DNA from: Eledone cirrhosa | Lineage: Eukaryota | Assembly: GCA_964016885.1 (NCBI GenBank) | Contig: OZ024744.1 | Span: 35,216,001 to 35,280,000, forward strand | Length of the DNA stretch: 64,000 nt | Reading direction: 5' to 3' | Shown here: positions 1 to 11,973 of the stretch, in pieces | Layout of the letters: each line of letters begins with the position of its first letter | Numbering within the stretch: position 1 is the stretch's first letter | Notes under the pieces: generated by a model | Databases searched by the model: none | What the model was told of the DNA's origin: nothing | What the model saw: the letters and a program-made list of their open reading frames with translations, nothing else | Made by a program: the position numbers and the translations under genes

Positions 1-848
1 CCACCAAGGAGTTCCACTAGTTCCACCACGAAGCTTTACTACAGTGGAGAGAACTGGCTTTGTCAGTTCCAGTTACTGATGAGGATAAACGGAAGCAGAG
101 AGTATGGGACAATCTACGTTCGAGGGAAACTTCCAACTCTCTCTTTGATCTTTCCGATAAATTTTCTTGGTGCCGCTTACTCTCTGCTAGCGCAAAGTTT
201 TCAGGTGACTGGATTGATGCCCTGCCTATGGCCAACATTGGTTGCCTTCTCAGTCAGGACGAACTCCGCATCTCCATTGCACTTCATGTGGGAGCCGACG
301 TCTGTGGGGGTCTGAGCGCCGCTGTGGTAGATCCCTCGACTCCATGGTTTGTCCTGCCATCTGAATGCTGGTCGTATTGCCCGTCACACTGAGCTAAACC
401 TGATCATCAAATGGACCCTGGCTTGGGTTAATATCCCCACAGTTCTGGAGCCGGCTGGTTTATCCAGAAGTGATGGGAAGAGACCAGGTGGTCTTACCTT
501 TTGTCCCTGGGTGAGATGAAGGTGTCTCATCTGAGACATCACAGTCAATGACTCTTTCCCCCCCTCCCACATCATGGACGCCACGGTGAATGTAGTGGGT
601 GGGGGGGGGGGGGTCACTGCTTCGGAAATACCAAGACTTATCAAACAATTATTTTTCCAGCCTGTGGCGTTCAAGACGTTCGGTGGAGTTCGGCTGCTCA
701 CAGTGATGTTCTTGTCTTCACTGGTCGCTCGCCTTTCTGAGGTGTCAGGTGATGCCCGTGAGGGTATCTAGTTATTTTAGTGCCTTAACCTTGCTATCAC
801 CCGTGATAATGCTGCGAGCGTGTTGGCTTGCCTGAAAGTGTATAGTTA
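1..848 (+). mobile_element. Degenerate 3' part of a CRE-like non-LTR retrotransposon (RLE-type C-terminal endonuclease)
   Basis: Broken frames give SGDWIDALP..L...ELRISIAL, then H...N.IIK..L, LEPAGLSRSDGKRPGGLTFCPW and FQPVAFKTFG, typical of the zinc-knuckle/PD-(D/E)xK end of CRE-clade elements. It is homologous to 9730-10554. Confidence 0.75.
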
Positions 849-928
849 ACCCCTAAGATGTGAGGTGTTTCAGACTGTCACACTTGGGTGTGGATTTACC
901 TCCCTCCCTTTTTTTTACTGATTTGAGT

Positions 929-1023
929 TGTGTGTGCGTGTGTGTATGTGTGCGTATGTGTGTGTATGAGTGCATGTGTGTGTGTGTGTATGTGTGTGCG
1001 TCTGTGTGTGTGTGTGTGTGTGC
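929..1023. repeat. Imperfect (GT)n microsatellite
   Basis: Direct reading. Confidence 0.95.
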
Positions 1024-1772
1024 ACCAGTTAACCCAATACTGGCTGAAAGAGACGGTCAGTAGGTCAGTAGGGCCATAATAAAGATAATTGTTAAGCGTG
1101 TAAGGAGAAGCTGTCCTGATAGGGCTGAGCGGTGTGTGTGAACAATTACGATCTACTTTCATCGGCTGGGTAATGTCCATAGGGGTGGTATATCACGAGG
1201 AATAATAATATCATATATCATTTCTGTCAGACATCAACCAGAAGAAGCCGTCCCTAGCATTGGCACACATAACGTTTGTTACAAGCATATCGAGACAACA
1301 GGCTGTGGAAGGTTTCTACAGACGGGAGAAATTTTAAATAGGAATAAAAGAAAAAGAAGAAATGTATACCTAAGTGGTCATGTGATTACGTCAGCACAAT
1401 GATTCCCAATGGGCTGATGTGTTGATTTTGGCTGTGAGATAGAAATCAGGGCATTCATCCGCATATACATACATGCGCTTACGAACGTACATATGCAAAT
1501 ATATGTATGATATATACATATAGGCAGTGACATATGGAAAATCAATTAGTGGTCAGTTCTTCAGTCTAAAATCCCTAGGGAGAATAGGTCGCCAAATAGT
1601 GTTTGTACAAGTTGAAAACATGTATGTATACATATATATAAATCTATATATACACATGTACATGTACACACATAAACACACTTCCATATATATATATTGA
1701 GTGAGTGTGAAAGACCAAAGGTCATTATTAAAATTCTCTGGATGTGTATACTTTTTATTGGAGATACTCTAA

Positions 1773-2611
1773 ACCACCATGCATTTAGGGAGTAAAAACC
1801 CAGCGTCCACATACTCCCTCCACAGCACTAATATCAAGAAGTCTTCTTGTGAATGTGACCTGGGCATTGCGGTCAGCAGCGATTAGCGTTGGACGAAGCA
1901 CGTCTCTAAAATTGTCAAGAGGGCCGAGGGTGTCTTAGCATCACCCAGCAAGACCTTTGTCAGCCGCTCTCCAGCTATCTATTTAAGGCTGTACATGGCT
2001 ATGGTGCGGCCACACTTAGAATTTGCATCACCAGTCTGGAACCCCTATCTTGCTCAGAACATTGACCACCTGGAAACTGTTCAGAGACGTGCAACCAAGC
2101 GAATACCCTCCATCAGGCATCTACCATACTCTGAACACCTTGCTTCCCTGGGCATGGATACATTGAAGCTCCGACGCCTGGCAACTGACTTGGTAAACAT
2201 CCACAAAATTATTAACTATATTGCCAACAACAACCCTGAGTACCTTTTTGATTTCCATGTGTCTAACACACGTGGGCATGCCCACAAAGTCAGAAAACAG
2301 TACAGTTCTCATGACTTTCGGAAACATTATTTCACGCTCAGAGTTGCTGAAGCATGGAACAAACTTCCTGCATCAGTTGTTAGCTGTCGAGACACTGCAT
2401 CCTTTAAGGCCTCCATGCTTCCTGAGATTCGCCAATACTACACCTAATGTTCCCCCTCCATACACATACACACGTGTATATCATGACTCACACCATTCAC
2501 TTTCCTGACATTTGTGTATTATTCTATGTACTATACATACACCTTTGACGAGTTGTTGTGCACCTGAGCACTTTACACAATAATTTCATTATTATTATTA
2601 TTATTATTATT
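1773..2611 (+). mobile_element. 5'-truncated CR1-clade LINE 3' end with (ATT)n tail
   Basis: ORF 1995-2447 has VRPHLEFASPVWNP, LETVQRRATK, TRGH and RVAEAWNKLP. It is near-identical to 32506-33349 and ends in TAATTTC(ATT)n. Confidence 0.9.
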
Positions 2612-3391
2612 GAATGCTATGGTTGACGGAGGCTCGGCTCTGTAAGGTACTGTAAATTTTGAACGCTATAACAATTGTAAATTGTTTAAAACTTAGACCA
2701 ACTTGTAGACAAAAACACCCTCCTCCTCGTGAGTGGGGTCTTTCTGCCCGTTATTTGGCCCTTCGGGGTTAAATAACTGCTTATTGGGGTTTTGTACCCA
2801 ATATTTATTTTAAACAAAAAAAACAACATGGCTACGAAAAAGAATTTGCATAGGTCACTCCCACTCATTCCGTCTTCTTCTTCCTCAATCGTCACTACAG
2901 CAGAGAGAAGATTGTCTCTCTCCCTCCCTTCTTTAAATGTGTCTCTCTCCCTCCCTTCTCTTTCGCAAGTGACGAAAGAAAAGAAAAGTCTCGTGCAAAG
3001 CGTGCAAGGTTTCTCCACGACGACGACGACAGCGACGAAACAGGTGTGCGGGAAATACGAAAACCCAGTTCATTCGTCTGACGTCAGGAATAATAGCAGT
3101 AGCAGCCGTAATAACAACAGCAACAGTGACAATGAAAACAACAGTAGCAGCCGCAACAGCATCACCAGCAGCATAAACAACAACAGCATTAGCAGCAGCA
3201 ACACCAACAACAACCACAGCAACAGCGGCGGAGGCAGTAGTCGTAGTACCTGCAGCAACAACAAAAGTAACAGCAGCTCTGACGACAACAACAACAACAG
3301 CAGCAAAGAAAAACCAATCTCATTTGCAGGTATTGCGAAAAACTTGTAAACAATCCTCATAACAAATGAGGAATTAGAGGAAGCGAAGAAG

Positions 3392-4917
3392 ATGGTGACA
3401 AAGAATGGACACCGAGCAATCTGCAAGGCAGCGGAAACATTTTTCGAAACCCAACAGCACTGTACGGTCACGTACCGTACAGTAAGTACAAAATCCCGTA
3501 GGGTGGAAAGAGCCACAGAGGCTCAAATACAAAAAGCCTTGGGGTCTGTGTGGCAGCGGAAAACGCACATCACCCGAGGCAAAAAATATGCCACCGTAGA
3601 CGTACTTTTTGCTACACCCCAGGAGGCAAAGGCCCAATCCGGAGTGAGCCTAAGGAGCGAGGAAATGGTGTTGGTGCCCTCCTACTGCGGGCAAAAAATT
3701 GTGAGGGTCAAACTGACCCACATCCCACCCGGAATGGCCCCTTCTTGGCTGGCCGCGTCTGTCCTCGTCGGAATCGAGGACAAAACAACTGTACTGCAAG
3801 TACAGAAAAAAGTAAGAGAAGATTGGGTTGGCACCTCCATTGAGATGCTAATCCAAACCAACCAGGAGTGCATCGAAGCTATCCCGGATGTGATAGACTT
3901 CGATAACGGCTTGAGTTGATAAGAGTTGAGGGAAAACGCCCGAAATGTTTTCGCTGTGGATCGAAGACTCACCTCAGGGCCTTCTGAAACGAGAAGACCC
4001 CGAGAAAGGAGAAAACCCCCCTCCTTCCGAAACCGGCTCCACGGCTACCAGCAACAGGACAAGCGGCAACCAGGAACGCTAGGTCCGTGGCACCCATACC
4101 CACGCCACGGAAATCAAAAACAGCAGCAGCAGTGGAAATATTAACAACAACAGCAATACCAAATGCAGCTGCAACAGAGACTCCAGTGCAAACATCACCA
4201 ACAACAACAAGTGAAAGAGTGGAGCTGGTACCCCTCCCCGACCTCACAGAATCAGACATGGAGTGTGAGGTGGGAGAGGGATGGCAAAAGGTCGTAAGAA
4301 GGCACAAACGCAGAAGCAGCGCATCGTCGCCTTTGAAAAGGGAGGAAAGAAATGAGAAAAGGGTAAAGTCTACTGCAAAGAGACCCACAGCAGCAACACC
4401 ACCAACACCATCACCACCCACACTAGCACCACCATCACCACCGGCGACAACCCCACCGCCAACAACACCTTCAACACCACAAGCACCAACATCGCAAACA
4501 CAACAACAAAACACACACACCCAGCAACAACGACAAGAAAATAGCAGAACCACACCCCACCCCCAGAAAAACAAATGCACAGCAATAAATATACACAACA
4601 AGAAACTAATGAATTACATAATTGAACACACAGACATTTCACAACACGACTACATAATACCAGCACCAATCAAAACGCCAACTAACATAAGACTGCTAAA
4701 AATAGCACAGAAACAATACACAAACATTAAAACGAAATTCCCCAACGCAGTTGGTGATTTCAGGGACCTAGGAGGAACTATCAATCGAAGAGTATATTCA
4801 GACATTCTCTTAGAAGAGCCGACGACCAGCCGAAGGGACGATTCAACGGTCCCTTCACCAGACGATCAAGTGAAAAGGGATGTAAAAACCATCCCTCTTC
4901 TACCAAAAGTACGGTAA
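3392..4917 (+). pseudogene. Tx1 ORF1 (gag-like nucleic-acid-binding protein), disrupted
   Basis: ORF 3392-3919 shifts frame near 3915 into VEGKRPKCFRCGSKTHLRAF*, a CX2CX4HX4C knuckle whose last Cys codon is TGA (3985-3987). The same frame continues through the Pro/Thr-rich ORF 4087-4917, which contains the GWQKV motif. Confidence 0.7.
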
Positions 4918-4952
4918 GTGGTCTTTCCCATCTTTTCCACTCTATTTTAAAC

Positions 4953-7900
4953 ATGACCTCACTCAGAATAGGCAGCATAAATGCGCGTGGCTTGGGGTCG
5001 TCATGGAAGCAGGGTCACCTGCTCAACGACCTCAGGTCACTAAACATAGATGTAGTGGCCATCAGCGAGACCAGAATCTCCGAAGCACGGGCCTTCGCAC
5101 CGATCTTCGGCGGCTACGATGTGTACGCATCTCCCAACCGTCCTGGATCGGGGGGAGGAGTTGCTGTGCTTTTTCGGAGAGGTTTGGATCTCGCCATACG
5201 GGCCATCTTCATGGACCCAGAGGGTAAGCTGGTGGTGTTGGACGTGACCAGCGGAGACGGGCAAGCTTTCAGGCTAGTGGCCGTCTATGCCCCGACAGGA
5301 GCAGGGCGGCCTGATTTCTTCCGGCGTCTGGAGACCTTTCTTGGAATGTCCCGCTCTTTAGTGTTAGTGGGCGACTGGAACGGGATCTTAGATGCACGCT
5401 GGGACTGTGTGGGATTAGCGGATAGGGGTGGAGGGTGCAAGAGCCTCACCAACCTGCTCAGGCGTTTTGAACTGTCTGACAGGTACCGATTGGATTTCCC
5501 GAATGTGCCAATGTGAACTTGGACAAATCGCATAGGGTCATCCAGATCATATCTAGATAGAGTATTTTGTAGGGAAATAGATAGGTCTAGCATAGGCTGT
5601 CCACAATTCAAGATAGTCAGCTACACGGACCACAAATTCGTGATCTGTGTGCTTGATTTAGATAGGCTTCATAGACGAGGACCCGGCTACTGGAAGCTAA
5701 ACGCGTCCTTACCAGCGCGCAAGGCCTACAGAGACCGGATTAGCGAACTAGTTAAGCGGGCGTTGACGGGGGCCATCGTCAACAACAAGTGGTGGTTTGC
5801 TCTGAAAAGAGCGATTAGAATAGAATCCATTAGGTTTAGTAAGGCTTTAGCAATAGAGAAAAATAGAGCAGAGGGAGAACTAGTTAGAAAATTAGACGAG
5901 GCGCTTAGCAAAGGCATTGCGACCGACGTGCTTGCGGCGAAATTGGCCCTTGACCAATTCTTCAATGCAAAGCACGAAGGCTGCGTTATCAGAGCAAGGG
6001 TGCGTGCTCTCAGACACGAGGGGACGAAAGCCGTTCAATGGGCCCGAGTGGCGGAGGCGCGTCGTGGCAACAAAGCCACGATCCGGTCTTTGGTGGACCA
6101 CGACGGGCGCATGCTACGCGATCCCGGGCAAATGTGTGAAGCTTTTCAGCGACACTTCGCTCAGCTGTTCGGGGGCAGCGGTGGGCCGGGTAGAGGGATG
6201 GACTTTAGTGTCTACCTCGACGGACTGCCGCGGCTCTCGGCCACTGAGGCGAAGTGTTGCGAAAAGCCGATAACAGCCGCTGAAGTAAGGGAGGCAATGA
6301 CTGGCTGCACAAGGGGTAAATCGCCTGGTTTGGATGGTCTGCCCTATGAACTTTACGTACAGATGCCAGACTTGTTCGGAGGCCTCTTGGCGGACGTCTA
6401 CTGCAACTGGCAACAGAACGGGAGAATCCCCAGTTCTGTGAGCCGAGGAGCGGTGGCACTGCTGAGAAAGGATCCGAACAAGGGGGATAACATAGATAAT
6501 TTTAGGCCCATAACTCTGCTAAACACAGAGTTCAAGATTTTGGCCAAGGTGCTAGCAAAGAGGTTGGCGCTTGTCGTTGGTGGTCTGGTGGGAGAGGCGC
6601 AGAAATGCGCCATTCCCGACAGATCCATCCACGACAACCTCCACCTCATGCGATACATCATAGAGAGGGTAGCTAAGGAACCTGGCACGGGTGGGTCCTT
6701 GATCAATTTAGATCAGTCGAAAGCTTTCGATAGGGTCGACCATCGTTACCTAGCGGCAGTCCTGAGGGCGGCTGGCTTTGGGCCCGTCTTCAGAGGCTGG
6801 ATCGCTGCCATGCACAGCGACATCTGCTCTGTGGTGAGAGTGAACGGTCACCTGTCGGAACCGTTCAACATCATGCGCTCGGTCCGCCAAGGATGTCCCC
6901 TCTCGTCCCTCTTGTACGTATTGACTCTCGAGCCATTACTGCACAAACTGGAGACGTTGAGGAGAGTCCCGCGCGAACTAGGATGCGGAAGATCCGTGTC
7001 AGCATATGCGGACGATGTCACCGTAGTGGTGTCGAACGCCAAACACATCGAGGCGATCGGCACTACACTAAGAGAATACGAAGCGGTGACAGGAGCAATG
7101 ATCAACCAGGAAAAGTCAGTGGGCCTGCAGCTCGGCACCTGGAGAGGCAGGTCCATGCCGTCCAACAGCGTCGTCGGACGCTGGACGGACGGACCGGTTA
7201 AATTAATAGGGGTCTGGTTCGGTCCGGACCTCCAGACGGACAAAAACTGGGACGAGGTGACGAGCAGAGTGGCTTCTCTCACCCAGAAATGGGCGGAGAG
7301 GAAGCTATCCCTGAAAGGTCGAGCGGAGGTGGCTAACACGTACATCGCGTCTGTCTTCTACTACCGCCTGACCGTCGTACCTTGTCCTAATCCTCGCCTG
7401 ACTGCGCTGGAGCGTTTGCTCTTTCACTTTTTGTGGAAGGGACGCGCTCCGATGGTCAGGCGGTCCATCTGTTGTCAACACCCGCTACGTGGGGGGCTGG
7501 GCATGCCGTGGCTGATGATGCGCAGACACGCGCTCAGGCTACGACATTTCCACCTCTTCCTCGACGGTGATCAGATGTGGTCACCGTTTGCTAGACACGT
7601 CTTTCCCCAGCTCGTCTCCTTGACGGAGCTGCAGTCCTGGGTCAAGCGAAGACCGAGAGGGAGCGCCTGGAGACTGGAATGTCTTCAGGCGCTCACAGCC
7701 CTCGACCAATCGGGCAATGTGATCGGTGGAAACTCCACCTCGGCGTTCTATAGAGGATTAGTGGAAGGGAAGAGCGACGACGTACTTGGGGAAACTCTAG
7801 GCGTCGACGAAAATCAACTAGCCAATCTCTTCGGAAGAACTTTCGGGCCAGGGCCTATGGACAACTTCCAGAAATCTCTGGCCTGGCAGTGCTACCGAGG

Positions 7901-8372
7901 AGCCTTGCCAGTTCGGGATAAACTCTACAGGCATGGAGGTGCCGTCAGCCGGGCATGTCCGAGATGCGCGCAGGGCGACGAAACCGTCCTGCACGCACTC
8001 GTCCAGTGTCCGAAAATTGCTGACTTGTGGGTTTATGTCGAACACCTGCTGTCGCGTTTAGGACGGATCCGGCTATCATCTGAGTCCATCGTGAGGATTG
8101 CCCCGCCCTCCTCCTTTAGCCGGGAAGGGCAGGCAGTTTTTATCTGCCTGGTGGCCATGGCGAAAGAGATAGTATGGTGGACACGTTTGAAAGGGCTGAA
8201 GACGAGCACTTACCTCTTCGGTGATGCTCTGATTGACTTTTTCAAATTTCATTTGAAAAGGAAAATCAGAGTAGAGAGGGAAGTGCTCTCTTCCCAGCAT
8301 TTTGTTGAAAGATGGGTGAGAGAAGCAAGAATGGCCCGAGTGAATGGGCCTACTCTGAGTATATATCTGTAA
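4953..8372 (+). pseudogene. Tx1 ORF2: AP endonuclease + reverse transcriptase + C-terminal CCHC finger, one internal stop
   Basis: APE motifs are SINARGL, ISET, VYAP, GDWN, LDR and TDH. RT motifs are KSPGLDGLP, FRPITLLN, DQSKAFDRV, RQGCPLS and YADD. The finger is CPRC..ETVLHALVQC. ORFs 4953-5516 and 5640-8372 are in frame, split only by TGA 5514-5516. Confidence 0.92.
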
Positions 8373-8620
8373 ATTAAAGGTGGAAAACTGGGAGAGGGCA
8401 CTTGCCTTGGTGGTCAGGGTCATTGTGGCTTTTTACTGGGCTCTCTCCACAAATGTCCCTCCGAAGTCTCCCCCCTATTGGGGAATCTTTCATTGTTATT
8501 TTTTGTTACATCCTCTGTTTTTGTTTTTTACACGCAGAAATGCCCATTTGTACCGTCCTGCATTGTCCTGCACTGTCCTTAATGTCTACTTTATGTAAAC
8601 CCTTGTGGTTAATAAAGAAA

Positions 8621-8622
<2 letters not shown>

Positions 8623-8692
<70 letters not shown>
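8623..8692. repeat. (ATT)n microsatellite
   Basis: Direct reading. Confidence 0.95.
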
Positions 8693-8693
<1 letters not shown>

Positions 8694-8924
8694 ATAACAG
8701 TATACTATACATTCACAGTTATTTAAAAATTCAATTATAATATTCTGTATTAACATTTAGTATTACTGTATACTGCCATTAACATGTACAGTATATATAC
8801 ATTATAATTGTTAAAAAATACACATTTTTTTCTGCCAAAATTTGATTGCACTGTTTTGTTTTCACTTATGTATTTAAAAAAATGTTATTTATTCATTATA
8901 AAAATTAGATGATTCTGTAGTGAC

Positions 8925-10810
8925 TTTCGTTCATCCTCAAACTTGACCTCAAGAATGCGTTCAACTCTTTCAGCCGCGATGTCGTCCTCAGCTCAGTAAG
9001 GTCCCACAACTTTGCTTGGCAGGCTTATCGGGAGCCTGCTTACTTATCGTTTGGTGACGAAGTCATCATCTCTGCCTCATGAGTTCAACAGGGTGACCCA
9101 CTCAGGCCTGCTCTGTTTGCACTGGGCATTGATGACATCACCAAGATGGGGGTTGAGTTGGATTTCAATGTCTGGTATCTCGATGACACTTGCTTGGCCA
9201 TCAGGGTCTCCAGGTCAATAGCTCCAAATTGTGAGCTCTGAATCCTCAACCACCCGGCTTCTCACACCAACAGACAATTGACCTGTTTACAGAGTTCTTC
9301 CCTTCCATTGCAGTCCCTCTCCCGTCAGCTTAGGAGCATCAATTACAGACCTTGCCTTCGAGCCAATCTTCCAATCGAAGATGGTTGGCCTTGAGCAATC
9401 GCTGAAAAATATTGAGGCAATTGAACCCCGTCAAGGCTTTTTTCATACTCAGAAACTACCTTTCGATTCCTAAGCTTCTAAATATGCTCAAAGTCAGCCC
9501 TTCTCACAGATTTCCATCATGCCTCCAATGCTTTGACGACCTAATCTCTGAGAGACTCAAGTGCTTGGTCATTGTTAGATTCTCTCCAGAGTCCCATCAT
9601 CAGACTGCGTTGCCCAAGCTATTTGGGTCTACATAAATGATTGTCCTTCTCTCTCCTCTGCTTCCTTTCCTCACCCACGCTTGCTCCACCCTGGTGAGCA
9701 GCATCCTCTCCTCTCCAACATGGACTAGTTCCAACAGGGAGTTGGGTGAAGCTCTCCTACGATGGAGTGAGTTGGGCTTGTCTATTCCTGAGAAGGTGAA
9801 GCACAGACGAAGTCAGAGAGCTTGGGACAATATACATTGGAGGGTCACCTCTGACTCTCTCTTCGACCAGTCAGATCAGTTTTCAAGGTGCTGCTTACTG
9901 TCTGTCAGCACCAAATACTCAGGTGACTGGGTTGATGCCCTACCCGTGGCTAACGTTGGTGGCCAACTCAGCTTGGATGAACTTTGTGTCTCAATTGCCC
10001 TCAGAGTGGGAGCTGACCTCTGTACGGGTCTGAGGTGTCAATGTGGAAAACTCCTCAACTCTACGGTCTTGCTGCCTGAATGCCGGTCGCTTCGTGCGTC
10101 ACATGGAGCTAAACCCCAAGAGAGCTTTGACTGGGCAAACATCCCCTCAATCTTGGAACCATGGGTTGCCCAGAAGTTATGGGAAAAGACCTGAGGGTCT
10201 TACCCTGTGCTCCGGTCGAGAGGTAGATGCCTTGTCTGGGACGTCACAGTTAGTGACTCTTTTGCTTCTTCCCACATCCTGGGTGCTGCGGTTAGGGCGA
10301 GAACCTCAGCTTCAGCAGTCGAACGGAAGAAAATCGTAAAATACTGTGATCTGTCGGTCAACTACATTTTCCAGCCGTTCGAGACATTTGGAGAAGTCAA
10401 GCTACTGACTACGAGATTCCTATCTTCATTGGCGGCTCGCCTAACTGAGGTAACTGGTGAAGCTCGTGAGGGCGCTTGGTTGTTCCAGCGTATCAGCCTG
10501 GCCATCATCCGAGGTAATGCCGCAAACGTGCTGGCTTGCCTCAAAAATCATTAGAGAGGTTTCCCAGTGCTCCTCACGATACTGTTATATTTTGCTCTGG
10601 TAGTGGCTTGGTTGTCCACCCCTTTCGCCTGCCTTTTGTTGTATGTCATCTTAGATGTGTGTGCTACCTGCTGATGTGTTTTTTCTTTTCTCTTTCTTTT
10701 CCTGTTTTTTTTCTGTTTTTCCTTTCCCTTCCTTTATCTTATATTTGTTTGTGCTTTCGTTCTGTAAACATTGAATTATTATATTTCTTTTCATACAACT
10801 GTGAATAAAT
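8925..10810 (+). mobile_element. Degenerate CRE-like non-LTR retrotransposon (RT + RLE endonuclease + 3' UTR)
   Basis: Motifs are KLDLKNAFNS (~8939), VQQGDPL (~9083), WYLDD (~9173), SGDWVDALP, CQCG, GKRPEGLT, CLVWDVTVSD and LFQRISLAIIRGNAA, with a stop at 10554. A pyrimidine-rich UTR follows, with AATAAA at 10804. Confidence 0.8.
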
Positions 10811-11216
10811 TATATTTCCAGCACCTATAATGTCTTGTCCTCTTTATATTTCCCCTCAAATGTAAACGTTGTTTTCATACAATGTGGATGCAATTTGTAA
10901 ATCTTCCTCAAGTCAGATATATAGCTTTTTGTATAGCATGAGATATATATGAAGACAATAGCCCCTGATGAGTAAAATTTTGTCTTTTAATGCATTACTA
11001 AAATCAATAGTTGGTAATTGATAATCGATTACTTAGATCAACATTTTGCGTTAATCTTTGATTTTACGAGACAGCCCTCTGGAGATCAGTAAATTTAGTA
11101 CCACCTTAATGTATGTATATTTTCATACATACTTGTTCTATATATGTATACAAAACGCTATGTGTTTCTCTAAATATATATATCTCTTTCTCCTTTTTCT
11201 CTATATATCTTTTAAA

Positions 11217-11259
<43 letters not shown>

Positions 11260-11517
11260 AGAGGTTATATTTCATTTGTTGGGATACAACAAGCAAAATA
11301 TTTTTATAACTGATATAAAGCACTCAAAAAATTATTGGAGTAAATATACAATATATTAATAAATGGAAACTATATTTATAAAACCATATTTATTTCATTA
11401 TACATATTAATCTATATTATATTTTATCTGATGAAAGCGCACTGGTGGCCCTTGAAATATGTATAATGAAATAAATATGGTTTTATAAATATAGTTTCCA
11501 TTTGTTAATATATTGTA
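11260..11517. mobile_element. Fold-back hammerhead cassette (family A) between (TA)n tracts
   Basis: Inverted arms lie at about 11345-11407 and 11457-11518. It is homologous to 22311-22592, 23769-23966, 57593-57970 and 58095-58215. Confidence 0.75.
11420..11473 (+). ncRNA. Minimal type-I hammerhead ribozyme (family A)
   Basis: TATTTTAT-CTGATGA-AAG..CTT-GAAA-TATGTA-TA-ATGAAATA. Stem I pairs and the core is intact. Confidence 0.72.
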
Positions 11518-11560
11518 TATATATATATATATATATATATTTATTAAAATAACAGATTAA

Positions 11561-11611
11561 AGTTTAAGCAAAGAATTGCTGCTTTCACCCTTAACGGGAT
11601 CTTCTAAAACT
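11561..11611 (-). ncRNA. Degenerate hammerhead at the 3' end of the Penelope-like element
   Basis: The minus strand reads AGTTT-TAGAAGA-TCCCGTTAAGGGT-GAAA-GCA..TGC-TT-AAACT. Stems I-III pair, but the core has two substitutions versus CTGAAGA. Confidence 0.5.
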
Positions 11612-11690
11612 AAAAAAGTAAATCTGTGAACGCAGAAGTAAATATTTCAAAAAACGTTGCAGCCGAAGGAAGACAGGAAGACGATACTTT

Positions 11691-11973
11691 GGTTCGTGGA
11701 AACGTTCCCTGGAAAAGAACGGGAAAAAAACGAGGATAGTACGTCATTATTTGAGCGGTGAAAAACAATTACACGCATAGACAGAACCACGTTTATGGTA
11801 TAAATGAAGTCATAGACTAATATTCTATTAGGTGGTTCATGGAGACGTTCTCTGGCAATGAACGAAACAAACGAAGATAATACGTCCTTATTTGGAGCGA
11901 TGAGAACAATTATACGCAAAGACAAAACCAGTAAACGGTATAACTGAAGTCGTAGACTAAAATTCTATTTAGG
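11691..11973. repeat. Two diverged tandem copies of a ~143 bp unit inside the PLE 3' region
   Basis: GGTTCRTGGARACGTTC...TGAAGTCRTAGACTAAWATTCTATT is repeated at 11691 and 11834. Confidence 0.8.

Larger units (their letters stand above)
2612..8620 (+). mobile_element. Near-full-length Tx1-group (L1 clade) non-LTR retrotransposon
   Basis: It has a 5' UTR, a gag-like ORF1 with a zinc knuckle, an APE-RT-CCHC ORF2 and a 3' UTR with AATAAA at 8611-8616. TC(ATT)n flanks both sides (2586-2611 and 8621-8692). Confidence 0.88.

Noticed and set aside
2792-3516. Ser/Asn-rich and poly-Leu ORFs
   Set aside because: They are translations of AAC/AGC low-complexity sequence in the Tx1 5' region, with no domain motifs.
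10958-11090. CTGATGA-GTAAAAT ... ATTTTAC-GAGA possible hammerhead
   Set aside because: GAAA is altered and no convincing UH or stem I follows. It may be a decayed copy but is not supportable.
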